A stretch of DNA of 64,000 nt from Malacoraja senta (taxonomy: Eukaryota). The translations under genes and the position numbers were made by a program. This document shows, piece by piece, positions 47,985 through 62,339 of this stretch. A model generated the notes under the pieces. The model did no database searches, had not been told where the DNA came from, and saw only the letters and a program-made list of their open reading frames with translations. Where the stretch lies: the NCBI GenBank assembly GCA_038087875.1, contig CM075982.1, positions 52,142,001 to 52,206,000 of the forward strand. Reading direction: 5' to 3'. Each line of letters opens with the position of its first letter. Within the stretch, counting starts at the first letter, position 1.

Positions 47985-48430
47985 AAAGACACAAAGTGCT
48001 GGAATAACTCAATACATCTGGAGCATATCTGGAGAACATGAAGAGGTGACGGGTCGGGACCATTCCTCAGACTGATTATGCCTGGGGAGGGGGTGAGAAA
48101 GCTGGAAAAGAAGTTGGGACAGGATAAAGCCTGGCAAGTGATAGGTGGATACAGATGAGGGGGTGGGGGGGTGATTGGATGATTGTTGGATATAGATTAG
48201 AGATGAAAAGATAAAAAGTATGAGATAAGGGTAGAAATTATAATAATTGTGAAGCCTGAGGAAGGATTATAAGTGGAAGGGGACAGGGGAAGGGAGATGG
48301 GGAGATGGGGAGAAAACCCATGTGGTCACAGGGAGAATGTACAAACTTTGTGCAGACAGCACTCATAGTAAGGATCAAACCCGGTCTCTGGCGATGTAAG
48401 GCAGCAGCTCTACCGCCACGCCATTATGCC
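47985..48430 (-). mobile_element. Penelope 3' UTR fragment joined to V-SINE head fragment
   Basis: acacaaagtgctggaataactc..ggtgacgggtcgggacc..cagactg; then cccatgtggtcacagggagaatgtacaaac..taaggcagcagctctacc. Confidence 0.7.
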
Positions 48431-48985
48431 GTTGCATCATAACTTCATAACTCTCATACGCAATGCCCCTAGCAATGAAGGCAAGCATATGCCTTCTTTA
48501 CCACCTCATCTATTTGTGTTTCCATCTTTAGTGAGCTATGAACCTGGACTCCAAGTTCCCTCCTCACATCAATGCTGTTAAGGGTCTTGCCGTTAACTTT
48601 ATATTCTCTCCTTACGTTCAACCTCCCAAATTGCAACCTCCCTTGAACTTGCGCGGGTTAAACTCCATCTGCCATTTCTCAGCCCTTTCTGAACTGACCA
48701 ACACACCTTGCTCACCAACCCTTCTACATTTATGTCTAGGTCATTTATTATATCACAAACAGTAGAGGTCTCAGCATAGATCCCTGTGGAACTCCACTGG
48801 TCACAGACCTCCAGCACAACCCAGTTCTGAATCCATAAGCCAGTTCAGAATCCATACAACTGAGTCATCGTGCATCCCGTTCATCTTAATATCCTGGATC
48901 AGTCTACCATGAGGAACCTTATCAAAAAGCCTTACTAAAATCCATGTATACAACATGTACTACATCAATCTCCTTTGTCACCATT
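48430..48985 (-). mobile_element. Degenerate CR1 RT fragment
   Basis: ggaactccactggtcacagacctccag, ccttatcaaaaagccttactaaaatccat (reverse of MDFSKAFDK). Confidence 0.75.
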
Positions 48986-49077
48986 TAATTTAACCATTCT
49001 GACAAAAAAAGGTATGCTGACCCACTATTAGATGCATTGGTCCACAGAAATTCAAATACCCTTACTATAGGAATATT

Positions 49078-50370
49078 TTAAGAAAGAACTGCAGATGCTG
49101 GAAAAATCAAAGGTGGACAAAAATGCTGGAGAAACTCAGTGGTGAGGCAGCATCTATGGAGCAAAGGTATAGGTGACGTTTTGGGTCAAGTCCCTTCTTC
49201 AGGCTGATGTGGGTGGGGAGGGGGAAGAAAGGAAGAGGCAGAGACAGTAGGCTGTGGGAGAGCTGGGAAGGTTGAGGGGAAGGAGGGAGAAACTACCCAA
49301 GTTTAATATGAGGTGCTGCTCCTCCAATTTGCAGTGGGACTCACTCTGGTCATGGAGGAGGCCAGAAAGGTCGGATTCAGAATGGGAGGGGGAGTTGAAG
49401 TGCTGAGCCACCATGAGATCAGGTTGGTTGTTGCGAACTGAGAGGAAGTTTTGGGCGAAATGATCGCCAAGCCTGTGCTTGGTCTCAACGATGTAGAGCA
49501 GTTGACACCTGGAACAGTGGATGCAATAGATGAGGTTGGAGGAGGTGCAGGTGAACCTCTGCCTCACCTGGAAAGACTGCTTGGGTCCTTGGATGGAGTC
49601 AAGACGGGAGGTAAAGCGATAAGTGTAGCATTTCCTGCAGTTGCAAGGGAAAGTTCCAGGGGAGGGGGTGGTTTGGGTGGGAAGGGACGAATTGACCAGG
49701 GAGATATGGAGGGAATGGTCTCTGAGGAAAGCCGAAAGGGGAGGAGATGGGAAAATGTGACCAGTGGTGGGGATCCCGTTGGAGGTGGCGAAAATGTCGG
49801 AGGATTATATGTTGTATGTGACGGCTGGTAGGGTGGAAGGTGAAGACAAGGGGGATTCTGCCCTTGTTACGAGTGAGGGGATGGGGAGTGAGAGCGGAGC
49901 TACGGGACATAGAGGAGACCCTGGTGAGAGCCTCATCTATAGTCGACGAGGGGAACCCCCGTTCCCTAAAGAATGAGGACATCTCCGATGCCCTGGTTTG
50001 GAACACCTCATCCTGGGTGCAGATGTGGCATAGACGGAGGAATTGGGAGTAGGGGATTGGGTCATTACAGGAAGTAGGGTGGGAAGAAGTGTAGTCCAGA
50101 TAGCCATGGGAGTCAGTGGGTTTGTAGTAGATGTCGGTCAGTAGTCTGTTACCTGCGATGGAGATGGTGAGGTCTAGAAACATTAGGGAGATGTCGGAAA
50201 TGGTCCAGGTGAATTTGAGTGCTGGATGGAAGTTAGTGGTGACTTTGCGGAAATCCGAAAGGGGAGGAGATGGGAAGATGTGGCCAACTCTGCGGAAAGC
50301 CGAAAGGGGAGGAGATGGGTGAGAGGCAGCATGACACTAAATGCTGGAGTAACCCATTCCTTCTATCCAA
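49078..50370 (-). mobile_element. Penelope 3' fragment (RT thumb, GIY-YIG, pLTR)
   Basis: FLDLTISIAGNRLLTDIYYKPTD, NLIYCIHCSRCQLLYIVETKH; frameshifted. Confidence 0.9.
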
Positions 50371-53300
50371 AGTCAAAAGTTCAAATTTGATTGACAATTT
50401 TTAAAATGTATATTAAAAATATTAACATATGAAATTACAGGATTGCTTTCCATTATTTCTTTCCATTTTTATTGTGATAAATTAATAGTTTGTCTTAAAG
50501 AATTTGGAAAGCAGTTGAGAATTTTGTTTTATTTTCTGTTTATAGGCATTTCTAGGGCACTTTAAAAAGATCTTTATCCAGCTAAGTCTGAAACAATGCA
50601 GTTCTTTGTTATAAGCTGTTTACTCTCTTTCAAACAAACTCCTATATATCATTCTTTTTCTCTTGATCCACCACGCCTGTGGCTTCAAAGAAGTAGCAAT
50701 CAACAAATTGATCTAAATTACAAAGAACTTGAGGAGTTTTGTTCAGAGGAACACACATGTTCTAATCCTTCAAATCTCTGAGGAGTTATACTTTAAAAGT
50801 AAAATGTGGTAAACAGAGTTTTGTGAGTTGTCCAAGTCTCACATGGATATTTTTTACTGCCCTATGAGTGAGATAAGGTCTGCGAATGAATACCAGAACT
50901 AATTTCAGCTGTCTCATGAAATAATTATCAATCTGTGTCAAATTTGTTAATTAACAGTCAACACAAGTTGGGTTTCCGTGTCGACAGTTTCTGAGAATCT
51001 GTTTTGTTTTAAAGAAATTAAATCACAGTTACTTTCCAATATTTGTTTAAGAATGGAAACTATAAGGTGATCTCATTCTTCATTTAACTATTTAAGGAAT
51101 AGCATAAGTTTTTCTACAATAAAAACCATGTAACTTGATTTAGAGTTTAGAGACACAGTGTAGAAACACACCGACCACTGATCACCTATACACTACCTCT
51201 ATGTTCTCCCATCCTACACACTAGGGGCAATTTATGGAAGCCAACCTACGTTAACATTGGAATGTGGGAGAGAAAAAAGCAGAGCACCAGGTGGGCTGAA
51301 GATAGTTTAATGGGGTTTATTACAGGTAATAGACACAAAATGCTGGAGTAACTCAGCAGGACAGGCAGCATCTCCGGAGAGAAGGAATGGCTGATGTTAC
51401 GGGTCAAGATCTTTCAGACCATTCTTCTGTCTTCTCCCTGTAACCTTTGACACCCTTACTAATCAAAAACCTTTCTATCTCTGCTTTAAAAATACTCACA
51501 TTGACACTCCACAGCCCTCCATGGCTATGAATTCCACAGATATTCCACAGAAAATTAATAATACTTTTTCAAAAGTCGTGCTTTTCATGGTCAAGTAAGA
51601 AATATACTTGATTAAAAACATTGGTGACCTTTGAATGAATTGGATGTATTCTAAAATTGCCTTCATTGCACTTCAGACTCAATGCACAAGCTCTTCCCAA
51701 ATATTTATTGGACACCAGAAGTTTTGTAGTTTTCTGATCTGAACACATCTTGTAAGAATTGTAATGAAGATATATCTAACTGTTATAAAATAATATCAGT
51801 CCACAATTTGGTGTTTTGTATTTAGATCTAGCACATAGAAAGGATGTGATGGTCTTGGAAAGCATGCTAAAATGATTTGCAGGAATGCTTCTGGAGATGA
51901 AGGAAGGCTGAAGAACCATGGAGTGTAATCCTTACAACAGATGAGGGGGAGATGTGATAGTGTGGATGAAGAGGATGTTCTCATTGGTGTCAAGAACCAG
52001 AGGATGCAGATTTAATATGATTGGCATAGAACCAAAGGCAACATGAAGAAAAAATTTCTTTCTGCAAAGACACCACTTGTGATATGCCAATGTCTGACAG
52101 GGTGCTGATGGTAGATTCAATTGTGGCTTTCAAAAGGAAACTGGATCAGTACTTCATAGAAAAGGCAATTACAGCTGGGGTGAAAGGATAGGGAAAAGAT
52201 AGGATTATCTACATTGCGTCTGCAGATAATTGACAAACTGAATGACCTCCTTCTGTTACTCTTCTATTAGCTTATACTTGTATTAGCTTCTCCACAAGAC
52301 TTTTATGCCTCTTTCAATTCTGCTACTATGCAGATCGCGGAAGAGCAGCTACAGTAGCCTTGGGTTATGACTCTAATGAGATATTCACATAGATCAATCG
52401 GGCATAGACATAATGTGGCGCATGCGTTCCACACATCTATTGTCCAGTGCGCTGTAAACATACGGATGAAGTGATTCAAGTTCCTTAGCAGCTCAGTGGA
52501 TGCCCCTTGCAATAACAATATAAACGAGTCTCTTAAATGCTGCCAGTTGAGTTTAGTTTGTTAGTTTATTATTATTGTCTTGTGTACCGAGGTACAGTGA
52601 AAAGATTTTGTTTGTGTGCTATCCAGTCAAAGAAAAGACTATTCATGATTATAATGAAGCTGTCCATCGTGCACAGATAGAGGATAAAGTGTACAACAGT
52701 TAGTGCAAGATAAAGTCTGATTAAAGATAGTTCAATGGTCTCCAATGAGGTATCAGCCTCATTCACCCCCACCGGCAGCACGTTCCAGGCATTCACCACC
52801 CTCTGTGTAAAAAAACTAACCCTGCAAGTTATGTCCTCCATTATTTGATTTCTTCATCCTGGGAAAAAGCTTCTAGCTATTCACCCTATCTATTGCCTCT
52901 CGTAATTGTAAATGCTTCGATCAGATCTTCCCACAACGTCACAGTTCCAGATAAAACAATCCAAGTCTGTTCAACCTCTCGTTGTAGCTAATACCCCTGG
53001 TCCAGGCATTATTCTGGTAACCCTGCTCTGCATACATTCCAAAGCTTCCATATCCTTCTTTGGTTTGGTTCCATTTTAGTTTAGTTTATTGTTGTCATGC
53101 GGACCAAGCTGCAACTACATAGACTTGGGGGCATTGCTTTTATCTTTGCACTTTTATTGTTTGTTTTTATTTTTTTATATACTGACCTTCTTTGTCATTT
53201 ATCATGGTGTTTATAGAGTATTATATTTACATATCTGTTGTGCTGCTGCAAGAAAGAATTTCAGTTCCATTTCAGGACATATGATAATAAAATACTCTTG

Positions 53301-53964
53301 CCTCTTGCCTCTTGCCTCTTGATGGCACAGGGATTCATTATTTTATAACAACCTTTGAGAACCTACGTTTTAACCTTATTTCCAGCTCGCTAAACTCTGC
53401 CTGTTCAATCTTATTTCTTTTTCTACCTATATCATTGGTAGTGATATGGATCAGGATCTCTGGTTGTTTTATCTTCTCATTTCTGGACAATAACTTGCTG
53501 TAATAATGCAGCTGCGTACAAATTAAGCCGAACAATAAGGATTCCTTCTCATTTTTACTGGATACAATTATCTTTCATGTTTGCACGACTTTTTTCAAAA
53601 ACTGACTGATCCACCACTTGATGAGACAAAGTTCCATAAAAATAAATACATTTTAAAAACTCGACTTCAAAATTATAAAATTACAGTTACGAGCAAATTT
53701 ACTTAAATATATAAAGTTAATTTGTGCAAAATAATAACATATTCTGCTTCCCACACTAATGGGTAATCTCACTATGATTAATAAGAATAGCTTCTAATTA
53801 ACTTCCTGCACTCACCCCAAAGTAATTACCCAACATTTTCTTTGTCTTATCCAAGTTTGCAGACTTGACTGTTTGCCACATCACAACTGAAATGCTCTCT
53901 GAAATAATGCTATGTTAGTTGAATTATTTGTTTTTGCCTTATATTCCAAGTGCTTTCCCATCAA

Positions 53965-54120
53965 AATGTTGACCATTTTGGGTCGAGACCCTTCTTCAGG
54001 GTATCGACCCGAAACATCACCCATTCATTCTATCCAGAGACGCTGCCTGTCCTGCTGAGTAACTCCAGCATTTTGTGTATCTTCGGTGTAAACCAATATC
54101 TGCAGTTCCTTCCTGCACAA
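53965..54120. mobile_element. Inverted pLTR junction centred on hammerhead motif
   Basis: gggtcgagacccttcttcag directly followed by ggtatcgacccgaaacatcacc and plus-strand tail. Confidence 0.7.
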
Positions 54121-55599
54121 AATGTTGAGCAGGCCTGACTTTATCTAGCTGGGAGCACAAGAAGAATGCAGATCCCTTGCTCTCTGTAGATTTGACTGGT
54201 GACCTTTGTTGTTGTTTCTGTTTCTACTTTGGTTATTTTGATGTTACATTTTCACAACCTGTTAATTATCAGAATAGTGGGGGCATTACAAGGAAATAAT
54301 TTTAATGCATAATTTTGGTTTTAGCAATGTATTTAATTGATGCCATTTTATTGCCAGTATTGCTGAGTGTTTATGTGATGGTTTAGGGCTTATCTTATTG
54401 TTAGCTACCATAATATGTGCTACCATGTTAGCTACTATGATATCCATTTTAACCAGTGTGTCAATATGTCAGACTTACTATTCCCCTTGGCAGGAGGTAA
54501 GTCGTTTGCAGGGGAAAATATTGATTATGAATTGGATACAGTCGTACTTATATGAGATAAATAACAGCGCATTCCACAAATGTTTAAAGCTTGCTATCTG
54601 AAAACAAAATGTTTTTTCCTGCTTTTGGTGCAGATGCTGAGTTCATGAGTAGAACTCTAATGTAACGGTTAAGTGGCAATGGGTTCCACATGGAGCTTTA
54701 CTTCTAAATCCCATTTATGGAAAAATCACCAATAAAGTGCAATTAGTTCAAAATGGATATGTAAGGAAGGGTGTTTACAAGAGAGCTTGAAGAAACCGGA
54801 TTGGGATGAAGCAGGGATTATGTGATGCCCAGTATGGTCCTTATTGTGCAGGGTGATCAAAGATTCGTACATAATAGGAGGGAGACCAATTGGCCCATGA
54901 TGCGTGTTCCACTTCTTTGAAAGAACTGTCTTATGTAGTCTCCCTCCCACAGCTATTTCTGCCATAACCCGCACTAATTAGTCCTATTCAAGTACGCGTT
55001 CATATGTCTTTTGAGAATTCCTATGCTATCTGATTCCATTGTCTAATGAGACGAAGAGTTATAAATCTAACACAATTATTTTTAGTTTTTATGCAAAAGA
55101 TATTTAAAGAAGTGGTACAGAAATTATTTTTAAAAGTTTGGAATTTAGGACCACAGGGAACCAGCACAGAAAAGGAGTTGATCCTGAGGCAGATCAGTCG
55201 AGAATATAAAGAATGGCTAGGGAGGCTATAAGGAGCCAGGTGTCCACTCCTGTACCTATCTTCTCATGTTATTGTGTATCCACAATCATTTACCAATCAT
55301 TTTGAACGAATGATATTTTTTGTTTTTCATTACTCTATTAAAACACCTCATAATTTTGAATAATTCCATAAGGTTTTTTTGGGTTGAATATTCTGCAAAA
55401 AGAGGAGCAATATCACTACCCTCTCATCCTTTCAGGTCAGGAGCTGATTATTTACAAATGGTAGCATTTTCTCTTGGAAATTAGTCTCTAATTGGTATGA
55501 GGCTCTGCTTTGAAAATCACTTCCTGACACACAATATCTGAGCAGCGAAAAGCTGCAGGTCGATTTAAAATGAAATGAAGAGAGATATGTGGTATTTCT

Positions 55600-56440
55600 T
55601 AGTCATAGAGTCATACAGCGTGGAAACAGGCCCCTCGGACCAACTTGCCCATGTCAACCAACTTGCCCCATCTTACACTAATCCTACTTGTCTTCACTTG
55701 TCCCATACACTTCTAAACATATCCTATCCATGTAACTGTCCAAATGACTTTTAAATGTTGCGACCTGACCCAACACCTCCTGTGGCAGCTCATTCCATAC
55801 ACCCACTTTTGTGAAAAAGCTGCCCCTTCGGGTTCCTATTACATTTTCCCCTCTCACCTTAAACCTATGTCCTCTGGTTCTTGATTCCCATACTCTGATG
55901 CTGTGCATTTACCCTATCTACTCCTCTCATGGTCTTATACATCTCTATACGACCACTCCTCATCCTCCTACACTCCAAGGAATAAACTCCTAACCTACTC
56001 AACCCATAGCTCAGACCCTCAAGTTTTGGCAACATCCTTATAAATTGTCTCTGCGCCATTTCCAGCCTAACAACATCTTTCCTACAACAGGGTGACCAAA
56101 ATTGAACACAACACTCCAAATGTGACCCCACCAATGTCTTGTACAACTGTAACATAACCTCCCAATGTCTATACTCAATACTCTGACTGATGAAGGCCAA
56201 TGTGTCAAAATCATTTTTGACCACCTTATCTACCTGTGAATGCCACTTTCAAGCATCTATGAACCAGCACTCCTAGATCCATCTGCCCAATAACACTCTC
56301 CAGAGCCCTGCCATTCATTGTGTAGCTCCTGCCCTGGTTTGACTTCATGAAATGCAACACCTCGCACTTATGTGTATTAAATCATTCCTCAGCCCACCTG
56401 CCCAACCGATCAAGATCTGCTGCAATTTTTGACAATTCTG
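55600..56440 (-). mobile_element. CR1 3' fragment
   Basis: LAFISQSIEYRHWEVMLQLYKTLVGSHLECCVQFWSP. Confidence 0.88.
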
Positions 56441-57084
56441 GAAGATCTTTCTTTAAAATAAATTTTAGCAGGAAGTAAATGAGCAAACTAATAAACTTAT
56501 TTGTCTGCATTTTTTATTCTGGTCTGTCATTCTTGGACCTTGCCTCCATTGTTGCTAAGTAATGGTTGGATGTGGATTTGAGCCTTTACAATTAATCATT
56601 GCAATGGTGAGATCAGAAGCATTTGTTTCAGAATCAAAAGTAACTTGGCACGATTTCTCAAAAGCCTGGCGGAGGCCCAGATAAAATATAAAAATGAAAT
56701 AAAACCATTTTTTAAACTAAATTGTCATCTAATATGTGCCGAGAGAGGAAGTGTATTTCTTAAAGTGGCATTGGTATAAACCTTCTGTGCTGCTCACTTT
56801 TAAAATATGTTGTGGTTTTAGGATTCTGTCACTTTATTAACACAGGACCTATTAATTTATTAAAACAGGATTTGACAATTGCATGCCTGTTAAATAATGC
56901 GTGTAGACTATTGGAAGCTTATTTTCATTTTAAAATAAAACAAAACAATGAAAATATGTTTTTCATGCTTCCTTTTTGGGCCCCAACACTGCAAACAAAG
57001 TCATTGGCTTGAAGGTTTGGCAGAAAACCTGCTTCTAGGGCTCTGGCAGTATTATTTTTAAGCTGGCTTCTGGTAAGTGCACAA

Positions 57085-57250
57085 GAGTGGCAGCACAGTG
57101 CCGCAGCTGGTAGAGCTGCTGTCTAACAGTGCCAGAAACTCAGGTTTGATCCTGACCTTGGATGCTGTCTGTGTGGAGTTTGCATGTTCTCCCTGTGACC
57201 GCGTGGATTTGCTCCATGTGCTCCGGTTTCCTCCCACCTCCCAAAGACAG
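57085..57250 (+). mobile_element. V-SINE 5' part
   Basis: gcacagtgccgcagctggtagag, ggtttgatcct, ggagtttgcatgttctccctgtgaccgcgtgg. Confidence 0.8.
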
Positions 57251-57704
57251 TCAAAACAACATTTCACTACATGGACATACATTATATTTGTTGAGAAACC
57301 GAGATTCAAGTAGAAAAGCATGTTTGTAGATAATAAATTTGGCTGTTGCATTTTGGCATGTGACAAAATTGTTTAAGTGTATTTCTTTCCCCAGTTGGAA
57401 TGAAAAGGTTTGATGGCTAATACTTTAGCTTAGGTATAAATCATGAAATGCTAAGCAATTCGTCACTTTTCTCACAAATATTGGAATCTCTTTCCGGTAG
57501 GCGGATTGGTCATATTCTACCTGTTGCCCGAGGCTATGAACAAAACTAAGTTGAGAAAAATTGTTGAGCAAGATAGACTGTTGCATGCTTACACTGTTTT
57601 TATCTCTCAGTTGCAGATTGTCATTTGCAAGTACAGTCATTTATTTCTTAGCTGTATCCATTACTATCCACATCCCGTGATTCCTCCATGCTTGCAAACT
57701 ATTG

Positions 57705-58150
57705 TGCAAAAAACAAAGTGCTGGCAGAACTCAGTGGGTCAGGCAGCATCTCTGGAGGGAAATGGACAGATTATACCCTTGTTCAGACTAAAGGAGTAGA
57801 GGGGAGAAAGCTGGAAAATAAAGTTGGGTGGCACAAAGCGTGGCAAGTGAAGGGGCATTTATTGATGACGGGTTGAGTAAGAGGCAAAGGCTGGAGATGA
57901 AAAGATTGTCAGATGAGGAAAAAAGGCTAATTAAATGTAAAGTCGCAGGGAGGGAAATGGGAGGGATATGGCTGACGAGGAAAGAGCTATGGCCCTGTTT
58001 CCAACCCAACATTCTCCAGGTTTGTATTCAAACTGACGGTTGTATTATACAAAGGTAGACACAAAAAGCTGGAGTAACTCAGCAGGACAGGCAGCATCTC
58101 TGGAGAGAAGGAATGGGTGACGTTTCGGGTCAAGACCCTTTTTCAGACAA
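57705..58150 (-). mobile_element. Two Penelope pLTR/3' UTR fragments
   Basis: aaagtgctggcagaactcag.. and gacacaaaaagctggagtaactcagc..gtgacgtttcgggtcaagaccctttttcagac. Confidence 0.75.
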
Positions 58151-59547
58151 ACATACATACATTCCAGACTTGGAAGTTTGCAATCAGGTAAAAGAGAAAG
58201 ATTGTTCAACATATTTTCCATTAAAAAAAACTTCTCTACACTCTGAGACGCTCTACACTCTCAGTATTTATTTTACATTATTTCAGATGTAAGAATTTGG
58301 AATTTATGGAGATGGTTATCACCAGATTTTTATTTTTACTTCTATAAAATTCAACCAAGCTAAAATTTCACTGTCTGTTTTTCATCTAAAACCAAGTCCA
58401 ACTGTCTTTGCTGACATGGAGAGTCCCTCTCCATTGTCCAATTAGCTAACTGTCCCACTGGCCTGGAAGTAAAATAATTGAAATCACCAGTACATCCCAA
58501 CCTTTCACAACTGTTCTTCCACTCTCCTGATAAACACGCATGGAATGATCAAGGCTATTTTGATTTGGCCATCTTTTTAAATGCCACAGCTACAATTAAA
58601 CACGAATGAGGAAATAAATGTAACAGTCAACTATTGAGCAAGCATGCAGCCTTTCTTGATTTAATATTTAGTTGTTCAGAAACAATAGTACATTAATATT
58701 GCAGTAAATCTGGCATGATGATCCAAGTAAGGTGATTAGTGCTAGAAAGAGGCAGCAGAATTAAGATGATCTTGTTTTACTTGAGAGAATACAAAATGTA
58801 AAACAATCTTTCACCTTGGTTAACATCAAGCAGCATTACATTTCAGGAAGTAGAATAATATGCCACAATCCCTTTGGTAGAAGAATTTTCTGTGAGATGA
58901 AAATCATTTCAATTATGATACAAATAATAACACATTATTAGCATTGGTAATTTATATCTATAAAAAGCAAATCATTATACTTGAAATATCTGGGTGTGAG
59001 GCTTTTCAACTTTTTAATTACAAGTACTTTGATCATTAAAAAAAAGCCCAAAACATGAGTTGTACACGTTAACAGTTTAATGGATTGTCTCATGTTTGAA
59101 CTAAGCTTCTTTATGGCTTTTTGAGACAATAATCTTCAAGGAATTCCTGAAACAAGGAAGTTACAAATGAAACTGCTGGACTTTACCATTTCAACTCCCA
59201 GGGTGTTTGAACAGGTGTAAGATGGCCTAAGTCCTCACATCTGATTGCTGCTCATATTCCAACTCTACTCCGTTAATGCCAGCTTCTGGCAATTTCACGG
59301 TAGATATAGTGGGAAACTGATCAACCAATTCATACCAGATTAATCTCCTTTCATTTCAATTGAGAGCATCGGCTTTGAGAGATAAGATTCAGTTGTTATT
59401 TATTTAAATTGAATTGTATATAGGTTTGTGAATGTTAATGAGATTCACAAAGAGTTAAAACTAAAACTTAAATGTGCAATTTAAAGTATAATACTTAGTT
59501 TAAAAATATTTAAATTTTAATTTAGACACTGAAGAACTATACATTAC

Positions 59548-60470
59548 TAGAGTCATAGTCATACAGTGTGGAAACAGGCTCTTCGGACCAACTTGCCCAC
59601 ACAAAATAACAAAATAGCTAGTCCCGCCTGCCTGTGTTTGACCCATATCCTTCTAAACCTATCCTATTCATGCACCTATCTAAATGTTTGTTAAATATTG
59701 TAATAGTACCTGCCTCAACTACCTCCCCAAAAGCTCATTCCATACACCCACCACCCTTTGTGTGTAAAGGTTACCCCTCAGGTTCCCATTAAATCTATCC
59801 CCCCTCACCTTAAGCCTACATCCTCTGGCTTTCGATTCTCCTACCCTGGGCAAGAGACTTTAGCAAGGTCTTTGAATAGGTCCTGAATGGTAGGCTTGTC
59901 TGGATGGTTAGATTGCATGGATTCCAAGTTGAGCTAGTCTATTTGCTTGGACGAAGGAGTCATAGATTTATGGAGTCATAACATGAAAACAGTCCCTTCG
60001 ACCCAACTTGTCCATGCCGACCAAGATGCCCCATCTATCCATCCCACCTGCCCGCAATTGATCCATATGCCTCTAAACCCTTTCAATCCATGTACCTGTC
60101 CAAATGTATTTTAAATGTTGTTATAGTACCTGCCACAACTATCCCCATATACCCACCACCCTCTGAAAAAGTTGCCCCTCAGGTTCCTATTAAATCTTTT
60201 CCCTCTCACCTTACACCTATGTCCTCTGGTTCTTGATTACCCTACTGTAAAATACACTGTGCATCTTCCCTATCTATTCTCCTCATGATCTTTTACACCT
60301 CTATAAGATCACTCCACATCCTCCTGCACTACAAGAAATAAAGTCTTAGCTTGCCCAACCTCACCCTATAGCTCAGACCCTCAAGTCCTGACAACATCCG
60401 CGTTAATATTCTCTGCACTCTTTCCAGCTTAGCAATATCTTTCCTATAGCAGCGTGACCAAAACTGAACG
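59548..60470 (-). mobile_element. Two tandem CR1 3' fragments
   Basis: Each begins with gagtcata..gaaacagg/aacag..cccttcg tail in reverse orientation. Confidence 0.8.
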
Positions 60471-60509
60471 CATGCGGACGGGGAGCCGGGGCTGGCGAGT
60501 GTTTGCTAG

Positions 60510-60678
60510 GCTGACGAGTCGCTCACTGCAGCTCAGTACAAGAGTCCTGGGCCATCGGAGGCATCGGAAGTGTTGTGCCGCTGCCGTGAGAGTCTCTGCA
60601 TGGAATTCACCCTGGTGACTGGCATGGACCAGGCTGTGACTCGGTGCATCCTGAGGACAACCAGTGGCTACTGGAAGT
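60510..60678 (+). pseudogene. TDP2: TDP2-like N-terminal UBA-like exon fragment (frameshifted)
   Basis: RESLCMEFTLVTGMDQAVTRCIL[fs]EDNQWLLE aligns ungapped with recalled human TDP2 RRLLCVEFASVASCDAAVAQCFLAENDWEME (14/31 identical); GT follows at 60677. Confidence 0.6.
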
Positions 60679-60784
60679 ACCAAGGTACCAAGCACTGGGT
60701 AGAAGTGGTGAAAGATAGTGGCCTTCAAATGGGGGTGGTTCGAAAAAGCATCCTGCTTGCCTGCTAGATTTTCACTTACTGTAA

Positions 60785-61127
60785 CTGCAGGAAAAATGTT
60801 CCCGATGTTGGGGGAGTCCAGAACCAGGAGTCACCATTTAAGAATAAGGGGTAGGCCATTTAGGACTGAGATGAGGACAAACTTTCTTCACCCAGAGAGT
60901 TGTGAATCTGTGGAATTCTCTGCCACAGAAGGCAGTGGAGGCCAATTCACTGGATGTTTTCAAGAGAGAATTACATTTAGTTCTTGGGGCTAGCAAAATC
61001 AAAGGATATGGGGAAAAACAGGAAAGGGGTACTGATTTTAGATGAACAGCCATGATCATATTGAATGGCAATGCTGGCTCGAAGGGCCGAATGGCCTATT
61101 CCTGCAACAATTTTCTATGTTTCTATG
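60785..61127 (+). mobile_element. CR1 3' end
   Basis: Same subfamily tail as 8445-8788. Confidence 0.9.
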
Positions 61128-61194
61128 CTTGAGTATATGGCAATAAAACTCGATCACTTGAATTTGAAGCATTCATGCATGGTGGAGGTATAAT

Positions 61195-61515
61195 GTAGTC
61201 AAAGAATGATACAGTGTGAAAACAGGCCCTTCGGCCCAACTTGCCCACACCCACCAACATGTCCCAGTTACACTAACTGCTTTTGGTCCATTTCTCTCCA
61301 AACCTGTCCTATCCATGTATCAGTCTAACTGTTTCTTAAATGTTGGGATAGTCCCTGCCTCAACTACCTCCTCTGGCAGCTTGTTCCATAGACCCACCAC
61401 CCTTTGTGTGGAAAAAGATACCCCTCAGATTCCTTTGAAATCTTTTTCCTTTCACCTTAAATCTGTCCTCTGGTCCTCGATTCACCTACTCTGGGCAAGA
61501 GACTCAGTGCATTGA
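61195..61515 (-). mobile_element. CR1 3' fragment
   Basis: Reverse CR1 tail and C-terminal region. Confidence 0.8.
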
Positions 61516-61834
61516 AATGTATATTTCTAATGCATTTTAGATTTCTCGAAAGTCATACTTTAAAAAAAGTAATGTTTCCACAAACATATACGCCCTTTAT
61601 TAATGTCATGGTTTGATGATTCTAAATTCAAATCAAAATGAAATATATGTCAAAAGGAGAACGCATACTTTCAAAATACTCAGATTTTTTCCCCCGAGCA
61701 TAATTTGTATGACTTTGCAAAATCAGGAAATGTTATGATTATTTCTTGCCCCTTTTTCCAACTACAAAAAAAAAATAGCATGAAATTATAACACATTTTG
61801 ACGTTTTTTTGTCAAATTTTCTATACCGTGGAAG

Positions 61835-62205
61835 GCACTGCCGTTCATCTGGGGGTGGGGGACATATCCCCCCACTTTTTGAGGTGGGGGATGGCCTGTA
61901 TTATTATCCCCCAGTTTTTGGAGGTCGAGCAATAACAAAAATAATAATCACCTATCTCTCATGTAGGCCCTAAATTCTTAAAAATACTTCAAAAAAAAAC
62001 ATTGAAATCATACTTCTACAATGCACTAAAACATGATTTTAATACATCATGTATTTCAAAATGTCCCTACCATGGGAGGGGGGAGCACCCCCCTCCCACA
62101 CCCTCCCCCCACTCGGTCGCTCCACTCCCTCGCCAGGTACCCCAAGGCCAGTGATCAGTGATTGCTCAGCCCCCCCACTTTCAAAAACACTCCGCGCGCC
62201 CCTGC
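61835..62205. mobile_element. Possible non-autonomous hAT-like DNA element
   Basis: GC-rich ends cactgccg..ccccccacttt and ccccccactttcaaaa..cgcgcccctg around AT-rich interior; TSD unclear. Confidence 0.4.
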
Positions 62206-62339
62206 CATGAATCCAGGTTTGATTGTGACTATGGCCGCTGCCTGTATAAAGTTTGTACGATCTCCCTGTGGCTGCGTGGGTTTTCTCCAGGTGCTCCAGT
62301 TTCCTCCCACGTAGGAATCTGAGGGATGACCTTATTGAT

